Source: Campylobacterota bacterium (GTDB taxonomy: Bacteria; Campylobacterota_A; Desulfurellia; JAADFJ01). From it: a stretch of DNA of 47,587 nucleotides. Shown one piece after another: positions 41,434 to 47,587 of this stretch (its first letter is position 1; each line of letters begins with the position of its first letter). The notes below the pieces were generated by a model, which saw only the letters and a program-made list of their open reading frames with translations, had not been told where the DNA came from and ran no database searches. The stretch lies in assembly GCA_013152955.1 (NCBI GenBank), contig JAADFJ010000039.1, positions 1-47,587 on the forward strand, written 5' to 3'. The position numbers were made by a program, and so were the translations under genes.

Positions 41434-42383
41434 AAGGGAAAAGATCACTATTTGCAATAGCAGCGATAATTCTGGCGATAGTTGTTATTTCATCCGCATA
41501 CACGGTTAACCCGGCTGAACAGGTAATAATAACACAATTCGGAAAACCGGTGGGAAAAGCAGTTACAACCGCAGGACTTCATTTCAAAATCCCGATAATA
41601 CAAGAGGCGAATTTCTTTGACAAACGCGCCCTGGAATGGTATGGGTATCCAACGCAGGTATCTACAAAAGATAAACGGTTTGTTTGGATTGATACATATG
41701 CAATATGGAAAATAACTAATCCGCTTCTGTTCTTTAAAAGAGTCAAAAATGAAAGGGGAGCTCAATCGCGGCTTGATGACATTTTAGACGGGCAGACAAG
41801 AAATGCCGTTGCCGACCATAAACTCGTCGAACTGATACGATCAACAAACAGAAATATTAAAGACAGTGAAGCATTTGAGAACTCACCTATTGCTACACTT
41901 CCAAATATTAGCTATGGAAGAAAACAAGTCACCCGTTCAATAGTGGCTATAGCAAATAAACGTACTCAAAGGTTGGGTATGACAGTGCTCGATCTTCAAT
42001 TCAAAAGAATAAACTATGTTGAATCTGTCAGAAAAACAATATTTCAGCGTATGATAACCAGAAGAGAACAGATAGCCGACAAATTCAAATCCGAGGGAGC
42101 CGGAGAAGCTGCAAAAATTTTGGGAAACAAAGATCGTGAGCTGAAAAGGATAAACTCTCAGGCTTACAAAATAGCTCAACAGATCAAAGGTATTGCGGAC
42201 GCGAAAGCCACTCTCATATATGCAAAGGCTTATAATAAAAATGCAGATTCGCGCAGGTTCTACAAATTTCTTAAAACTATGGAAACATACAAGAAGAGTA
42301 TATCAAAGAATGACTGGCTTATGCTCTCTGCGGATTCAGGTATATATAAGTTACTGGGGAAAGAATCAATCGATAAAAAATAA
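41430..42383 (+). CDS. hflC: FtsH modulator HflC
   Basis: QFGKP...GLHFKIP, TKDK, FKSEG.GEA and FYKFLKTME. Confidence 0.93.
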   Translation: MKGKRSLFAIAAIILAIVVISSAYTVNPAEQVIITQFGKPVGKAVTTAGLHFKIPIIQEANFFDKRALEWYGYPTQVSTKDKRFVWIDTYAIWKITNPLLFFKRVKNERGAQSRLDDILDGQTRNAVADHKLVELIRSTNRNIKDSEAFENSPIATLPNISYGRKQVTRSIVAIANKRTQRLGMTVLDLQFKRINYVESVRKTIFQRMITRREQIADKFKSEGAGEAAKILGNKDRELKRINSQAYKIAQQIKGIADAKATLIYAKAYNKNADSRRFYKFLKTMETYKKSISKNDWLMLSADSGIYKLLGKESIDKK

Positions 42384-42400
42384 TATAATAATATAACAAA

Positions 42401-42473
42401 GATTACCTCTGCTAATTCATAAACGCTCATCTTGAGCTCGGATGTGAAACGCTTGGAATTAATAGAGGTGATC
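42401..42473. repeat. Inverted-repeat element family B, compact complete copy (73 bp)
   Basis: GATTACCTCTGCTAATTC / GAATTAATAGAGGTGATC (15/18 inverted). The internal AACGCTCATCTTGAGCTC is shared with 45781-45805. Confidence 0.7.
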
Positions 42474-42498
42474 CAAATTAAAATTTACGGGAGATGAA

Positions 42499-44502
42499 AT
42501 GGCAAAGAGTGTAACATACAAAATATTGGAAAAGCATCTTACAGAAGGAGAACTTAAAAAAGGCAACGAAATAGGAATCCATATCGATACCACACTGACT
42601 CAGGATGCAACAGGAACAATGGCCGATCTTCAATATGAGCAGATGGGAATCGATAGGGTGCAAACTATGCTTTCAGTAAGTTACATTGATCACAACACCC
42701 TTCAGATGGGCTTTGAAAACGCTGATGATCATCGCTACTTGACGAGCTTTGCAAGAAAATATGGTCTTGTTCTTTCAAAAGCCGGTAACGGAATCTGTCA
42801 TCAGGTGAACATTGAGCGATTTGGTGTTCCCGGCAGAACACTTCTTGGATCGGATTCGCATACTCCTACCGGAGGCGGAATCGGAATGATATCAATAGGA
42901 GCCGGAGGGCTCGACATCGCTTCGGCAATGGCCGGACTTCCATTTTATATAAGAGCGCCAAGAATTTACGGTATACATCTTACCGGTCGACTCAAACCTT
43001 TTGTATCGGCAAAGGATCTGATTCTTAAAATACTGTCAATTCTTGGAGTAAAAGGCAATGTCGGCTGGGTGGCAGAATACTACGGATCCGGTGTTGCAAC
43101 ATTAAGCGTACCCGAAAGAGCAACAATAACCAATATGGGAGCAGAATTGGGCGTTACAACATCGGTATTTCCATCAGATAATACAACAAAGGAATTTCTA
43201 AAATTGGAAGGCAGACAGAACGATTGGAATGAAATAACAGCCGAAGATGATTCGGAATATGATAAAATTATAGAAATTGATCTATCCGAACTTGAACCTA
43301 TGGTAGCACTTCCTCACAGCCCCGGAAATGTGAAAAGAATAAAGGAAATCGAAGGAATGACTGTCGATCAGGTATTAGTGGGAAGCTGCACAAACTCATC
43401 ATATAGAGACCTTACCGTTGCAGCCGACCTTACCGCTCAGGCTTTACAAAACGGCAAAAAGGTAAACCGGAATGTCAGTTTCGGTGTTGCTCCGGGTTCA
43501 AGACAGGTGGCAATAATGACCATGACAAACTCGTCGTTTTTGACTTTTGAAAAATTTGGCGCAAGAATGCTCGAGTCGGCCTGCGGATTCTGCATAGGAA
43601 ACGGAATGGCTCCAAAAACCGATGCGATAAGTATAAGAACGAATAATCGCAATTTCTACGGCAGATCCGGTACGCTTTCGGCAAAAGTTTATCTGACCAG
43701 TCCTGAAACGGCAATTGCCTGCGCAATCACAGGCAAAATAACCGATCCGAGAGATCTTGAAAATATGGGTATCAAATATCCTGAATTCAGATTTCCGAAA
43801 CAGTTTGTAAAAGATGATACACTTTTTGAGTTTCCGCTAAGCATAGAAGAATCTAAAAAAATAGAGCTTTACAGAGGACCAAACATCGTGCAGCCTCCTG
43901 CAGGAGAAGCTCTGCCGAAATCTATTGACGGAGAGGTTTCAATAAAAGTTGACGACAATATAACAACCGACCATATAATGCCGGCAGGTGCCCGCTTGAA
44001 ATATAGATCAAATGTACCGGCGTATTCGCAGTTCGTATTTGAAACAGTCGATTCAACATTCCCAAAAAGAGCATTAAAAAATAAAAAGGACGGTCTGCAT
44101 AATATTATAGTAGCAGGAGAATCATACGGACAGGGATCGAGCCGCGAACATGCCGCACTTTGCCCTATGTATCTTGGAGTCAGAGCAGTTATTGCAAAAT
44201 CAATGGAGAGAATTCACAAGGCAAACCTGATAAATTTTGGTATTTTGCCGCTTACTTTCAAGAATCCGGATGATTATGATAAAATAACGGTTGGCGACAA
44301 AATCGTTCTGGAAAATGTGAGATCGGAACTGATTGGCAATTCCGGAACAATTAAACTTAACAACAAAACCAAAAATATATCAATTGATCTTTTATACGAT
44401 CTGTCTGAGCGAGAACGAAAAACCGTTCTTCTCGGCGGAACAATGCAAGTTGCAAAAAGCTATCGCGGGAAAAGCTTTAAGGAAATCATAATAACAGAAT
44501 AA
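42499..44502 (+). CDS. Aconitate hydratase (short ~670-aa type)
   Basis: QDATGTM, DHN, GICHQ, GSDSHT, Fe-S Cys in GSCTN and ACGFCIG, NRNF, TTDHI and GQGSSREHAA. Confidence 0.92.
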   Translation: MAKSVTYKILEKHLTEGELKKGNEIGIHIDTTLTQDATGTMADLQYEQMGIDRVQTMLSVSYIDHNTLQMGFENADDHRYLTSFARKYGLVLSKAGNGICHQVNIERFGVPGRTLLGSDSHTPTGGGIGMISIGAGGLDIASAMAGLPFYIRAPRIYGIHLTGRLKPFVSAKDLILKILSILGVKGNVGWVAEYYGSGVATLSVPERATITNMGAELGVTTSVFPSDNTTKEFLKLEGRQNDWNEITAEDDSEYDKIIEIDLSELEPMVALPHSPGNVKRIKEIEGMTVDQVLVGSCTNSSYRDLTVAADLTAQALQNGKKVNRNVSFGVAPGSRQVAIMTMTNSSFLTFEKFGARMLESACGFCIGNGMAPKTDAISIRTNNRNFYGRSGTLSAKVYLTSPETAIACAITGKITDPRDLENMGIKYPEFRFPKQFVKDDTLFEFPLSIEESKKIELYRGPNIVQPPAGEALPKSIDGEVSIKVDDNITTDHIMPAGARLKYRSNVPAYSQFVFETVDSTFPKRALKNKKDGLHNIIVAGESYGQGSSREHAALCPMYLGVRAVIAKSMERIHKANLINFGILPLTFKNPDDYDKITVGDKIVLENVRSELIGNSGTIKLNNKTKNISIDLLYDLSERERKTVLLGGTMQVAKSYRGKSFKEIIITE

Positions 44503-44519
44503 AATCTTCGAAACTAAAT

Positions 44520-44559
44520 CGCTTCCGGCATACACTCCATTGAATAGTTGCCGGAAGCG
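44520..44559. terminator. Hairpin after the aconitase gene
   Basis: CGCTTCCGGCA / TGCCGGAAGCG, a perfect 11-bp inverted repeat with an 18-nt loop. Confidence 0.5.
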
Positions 44560-44594
44560 CCTGATAATCCGCTTTTTATGCGCTTTATCACTCT

Positions 44595-44800
44595 GAGAAC
44601 ACTGCAGAATAAGCAAATTCACAGAAATCAAAGAAAGAGTGAGATTTAGAAATTAAAATTTGAGATACTAACCGGTTAGAAGATTTCCCATATACTTGCG
44701 TTAAGCTTCTTTGAACTAACCCGTTAGTCCTTCAGAAGTTTGTTTTGTCTATAGAAAGCCTCATAAAAAGCTGTGAATTTGTTTATTGTGCAGTGTTCTC
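44595..44800. mobile_element. MITE family A, complete copy (206 bp, internal deletion relative to the 24393 copy)
   Basis: 30-bp TIRs (28/30). Flanks ACTCT / ACTAT are a 5-bp direct repeat with one mismatch. Confidence 0.85.
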
Positions 44801-44856
44801 ACTATGTTGTTTGCTATCAGGTAAATGTCGAAACGCCGCCCGATTACATCTTTTGT

Positions 44857-45618
44857 CTAATCTTTTCGGTCATCAATCAAAACGGATGCCTGAGCTGTAG
44901 GCATTATAACCAGTTCTTCTATATCAACATGCTTCGGTCTTGTTGCGCAAAAATAGATTGCATCGGCAACATCTTCGGGAGATAGAGGCGTTATTTTCTC
45001 ATAAACCTTATCGGCGCGGACAGAATCGCCATGAAAACGCACTTTACTAAACTCTGTTTTAACCATGCCCGGATCAATTGTTGACACCCTTACACCCGTT
45101 TTAACAAGATCCATCCTAAGCGATTTAGACAGCATTCTAACAGCACTCTTTACGGCACAATACACATTTCCACCCGGATAACCTTCCAATCCAGCTATCG
45201 ACGCGATATTGATTATGATACCGGTTTTACGTTCAATCATTGCCGGCAACACAGCTCTCGTAATATATAGCAAACCTTTGATGTTTGTATCTATCATCTG
45301 ATCCCAATCCGATAGACTTCCCTTCCATAACGGTTCCAGACCTAATGCTCCGCCTGCATTGTTTATCAGCACATCTATATTTTTAAATCGCTCCGGAAAG
45401 TTGCCAAGCTTATCAACGGCATTTCTGTCTGTAACATCAAGTTTTATTGGAAGAATATCAACTCCAAACTGCTCACATATCTCGTTGCTCAACTGATGCA
45501 AACGTGTCATTCGTCTTGCAGCCGCGATTACATTGGCACCATTTTCAGCAAATTTCCTCACTGACGCCCTGCCGATTCCGCTACTCGCCCCGGTTATCAG
45601 TACAACCTTGTTTTTCAT
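44857..45618 (-). CDS. NADP-dependent SDR oxidoreductase (YdfG-like)
   Basis: TGASSGIG, ARR, NNAG, YCAVK and PGMVKTEFS. Start set at MKNKVV behind AAGGAG. Confidence 0.92.
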   Translation of the reverse strand: MKNKVVLITGASSGIGRASVRKFAENGANVIAAARRMTRLHQLSNEICEQFGVDILPIKLDVTDRNAVDKLGNFPERFKNIDVLINNAGGALGLEPLWKGSLSDWDQMIDTNIKGLLYITRAVLPAMIERKTGIIINIASIAGLEGYPGGNVYCAVKSAVRMLSKSLRMDLVKTGVRVSTIDPGMVKTEFSKVRFHGDSVRADKVYEKITPLSPEDVADAIYFCATRPKHVDIEELVIMPTAQASVLIDDRKD

Positions 45619-45771
45619 ATCCGACTCCTTACTTTCATTACTGCATTTTAGTAGACTATTTAAGCTTCTTCTCAAATGTACCCCAACTCTTATACACCAA
45701 ACATAATCTCAGCGAAAAGAAGACGTTGGATGCAAAGGCAAAGTTCTTATCCGAACTCATGACGCAAAAGA

Positions 45772-45819
45772 GATAGATTTGGAGCTCAAGATGATCGTTC
45801 ATGAATTATTGGAAGTACC
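45772..45819 (-). repeat. Family B repeat end
   Basis: The reverse complement GGTACTTCCAATAATTCATGAACGATCATCTTGAGCTCCAAATCTATC aligns with 42404-42440 and 1960-2010. Confidence 0.6.
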
Positions 45820-46007
45820 ATTAATCTATAGTAATCATTAAAGGAATAAATTAAAAGAAAAAATATGCCGATTTTTAGCAAATCTCACCCATTGATATTT
45901 TGCATAGGAGTTTATCAGGGATATAGAAGTCTTAATGAAAAAAGTTAATTTAAAGCAGATTTCTCCATCATGATTCAGTTTACAATTTGTCAAGGCAACA
46001 TCCCTTC

Positions 46008-46040
46008 TGTCACTGCGAGGCCGAAGGCCGCGGCAGTCTC
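46008..46040 (+). repeat. REP-like palindromic element (GTCATTGCGAG...GCAATCTC type)
   Basis: TGTCACTGCGAGGCCGAAGGCCGCGGCAGTCTC is GC-rich with an internal GGCC-GAA-GGCC hairpin. An inverted relative lies at 47131-47151. Confidence 0.65.
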
Positions 46041-46191
46041 CTTTTTTTGACGGTTAATATCTAACTTGACATTCTTTCTGCACACTGTAATCGCCAAGAC
46101 TTATAGAAGCAGTAGATGTTAAAAAAATCAGCATAAAGGATAATCTTGATCAGTACACTTATTATCATTTTTCATAATTTTCTTCTTAATT

Positions 46192-46419
46192 CTATGGATA
46201 AACTTCATGATCTGCATAATATGCCTCTGCAATCGTCTGAACATTCTTCAGATCACTTAATGCCGCTGCATTGAATGCACTCTGCCTGTATTTTGCATAC
46301 TGCGGAATTGCAATTGCAGCCAGAACTGCAATAATTGCAATAACAACGAGAAGTTCGATAAGAGTAAAACCTTTTTGGCCATTGCGGTTTTCTCTAAACT
46401 TTACAACAAGTTTGTTCAT
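46192..46419 (-). CDS. pilA: Short type IVa prepilin (17-aa leader + 58-aa mature), Geobacter PilA-N-like, copy 1
   Basis: QKG|FTLIELL cleavage/methylation motif, AIAIPQY, SDLKN and C-terminal YP. Start at MNKL behind AAGGAG. Confidence 0.92.
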   Translation of the reverse strand: MNKLVVKFRENRNGQKGFTLIELLVVIAIIAVLAAIAIPQYAKYRQSAFNAAALSDLKNVQTIAEAYYADHEVYP

Positions 46420-46550
46420 AAAAGATCTCCTTCTTTTGATAACCGTTTTGTAAAATATTTTGTGCTTATCCGGACTATCTCCAATGCATACACAGATATC
46501 ATCCTTGGCTTCTTCAGCTCTTGTATCCATCTAAATCTGATACTAACTAA

Positions 46551-46579
46551 ATTATATAATTAAGTTCATAATTTGTCAA
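46551..46579 (-). promoter_or_regulatory. Perfect sigma70 consensus promoter upstream of pilin copy 1
   Basis: TTGACA-17 bp-TATAAT. Confidence 0.75.
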
Positions 46580-46585
46580 GATAAT

Positions 46586-46672
46586 GCGACCGCTGCACAA
46601 TAAACAGATACACAGAAGTCAAAGAAAGGGCAAGATTCAGAAATTAAAATTTAAGGTACTGACCTCGGTTAG
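46586..46672 (+). repeat. Left half of MITE family A between the two pilin units
   Basis: GCGACCGCTGCACAATAAACAGATACACAGAAGTCAAAGAAAGGGCAAGATTCAGAAATTAAAATTT aligns with 44595-44661. Confidence 0.8.
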
Positions 46673-46693
46673 TTAAAAGCGCTTCTGTTGATT

Positions 46694-46921
46694 TTATGGA
46701 TAAACCTCGTGATCTGCAAAATATGCCTCTGCGGCTGTCTGAACATTCTTCAGATCGCTCAATGATGCCACATTGAATGCATTCTGTCTGTATTTTATAT
46801 ACTGCGGAACTGCAATCGCAAGCAGAATTGCAATGATTGCAATAACAACAAGAAGTTCGATGAGGGTAAAACCTTTCCGGCCGTCACGCCTTTCTCTGAA
46901 CTTTTCAACAAGTTTGTTCAT
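46694..46921 (-). CDS. pilA: Short type IVa prepilin (17-aa leader + 58-aa mature), Geobacter PilA-N-like, copy 2
   Basis: RKG|FTLIELL motif; 49/58 mature residues identical to copy 1; GAGGT RBS. Confidence 0.92.
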   Translation of the reverse strand: MNKLVEKFRERRDGRKGFTLIELLVVIAIIAILLAIAVPQYIKYRQNAFNVASLSDLKNVQTAAEAYFADHEVYP

Positions 46922-47057
46922 CAAAACCTCTTTTTTTCCTTCGGTAACCATTTTGCAAATATCTTACGCTTGTCACAATCATCTCCGATACATGCACGCA
47001 AGCATTATTCTCAACCTGCTTCAGTGTTTTGTACCTATCAAATCTGATACTAAATAT

Positions 47058-47086
47058 AATTTATGATTAAATTTACAACTTGTCAA
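47058..47086 (-). promoter_or_regulatory. Sigma70-type promoter upstream of pilin copy 2
   Basis: TTGACA-17 bp-TAAATT, homologous to the copy 1 promoter. Confidence 0.6.
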
Positions 47087-47130
47087 GACGACGCACCTTC
47101 TTTAGTTTTTAAATAACAAAAATGTTAGAT

Positions 47131-47151
47131 GAGATTGCCGCGCTCGCAATG
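47131..47151 (-). repeat. Truncated REP-like palindrome
   Basis: GAGATTGCCGCGCTCGCAATG; its reverse complement CATTGCGAG..CGCGGCAATCTC matches 46011-46040. Confidence 0.55.
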
Positions 47152-47165
47152 TTCCATATTAAAAG

Positions 47166-47470
47166 TCAAGCACTTTTACAACTTTTTTTAAATCTTTTTT
47201 CTGCAAAATCAGCATCAAATGCTAATTGACTCTTCAATACTCCAAATGCCTGCCTGATCAATTTGTTGGCTATTGCTATTGCAATCTGTCTCCATACTTT
47301 GCCCTTGGCCTTTAACCGCTCATATAGATCTTTACAGGGTTTGTTAAATCTAACAGCTGAAAGTGCGCACATAAAAAGCATTTTACGGATATAGGGGCTG
47401 CCCTTCTTGGAAATACTGCCTTTTGTCTTTACGGAACTGCCCGATTCAAATGGACTTGGGAGACCGCTTC
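47166..47470 (-). pseudogene. IS110-family transposase C-terminal relic
   Basis: PFESGSSV....ISKKGSPYIRKMLFMCALSA...LYERLKAKGK...AIANKLIRQAF. Similarity is lost upstream of ~47470 and there is no RuvC-like DEDD domain. Confidence 0.85.
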
Positions 47471-47587
47471 CTATTTTGTGTAAGTCGTTTTTACTAATGT
47501 AATTATACAACATTTTTCCTTATATATCCATCAAGTCTATCTTTAAAAATAATAGAAAATTGAGAGATGATTTCAGCCCAGTTTGAG

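Noticed and set aside
45905-45972. GATGGAG...GACTTCTAT / CTGATAAACTCCTAT on the minus strand, fluoride-riboswitch-like
   Set aside because: No P1 stem around GATGGAG, wrong spacing and no fluoride-related gene. It overlaps the duplicated promoter instead.
46420-46530. Longer 112-aa version of pilin copy 1
   Set aside because: Not conserved in copy 2. Both copies share the MNKL start with an RBS.

Overview
Low-GC (roughly 35-40% by eye) bacterial chromosomal segment. Most of it is housekeeping: asd, nadE, mtaB, hisB, ispA, xseB, metK-ahcY, serS, guaB, glyQS, psd, ftsY, hflKC, an aconitase, TRAP and EmrAB-type transporters, and four tRNAs (Asn-GTT, Leu-CAG, Ser-TGA, Ser-GCT). Two accessory loci stand out. 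(1) 4.8-10.8 kb, minus strand, just beyond the tRNA-Asn 3' end and an intact IS1182 element: a compact 7-gene operon of unknown function. It has two family III CoA-transferases, a Zn-ribbon protein, a 60-aa four-Cys protein with BssC-like Cys spacing, two hypotheticals and an aryl-CoA-ligase-like enzyme. A consensus promoter and a short leader ORF precede it. (2) 46.2-47.1 kb: two tandem, separately promoted, aromatic-rich type IVa pilins of 58 aa (mature) closely resembling Geobacter PilA-N, with no PilA-C partner next to them. A third, gene-less copy of their promoter lies downstream. The intergenic space holds several unannotated small repeat or mobile families: a MITE with 5-bp target duplication (one copy supplies the hisB stop codon), a second inverted-repeat family, a 27-29 bp palindrome in frame inside the transposase, and REP-like palindromes (one abutting an IS110 relic). 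No CRISPR array, rRNA or prophage was seen. Functional calls come from recognising motifs by eye, not from database searches, and taxonomy cannot be fixed from this window.
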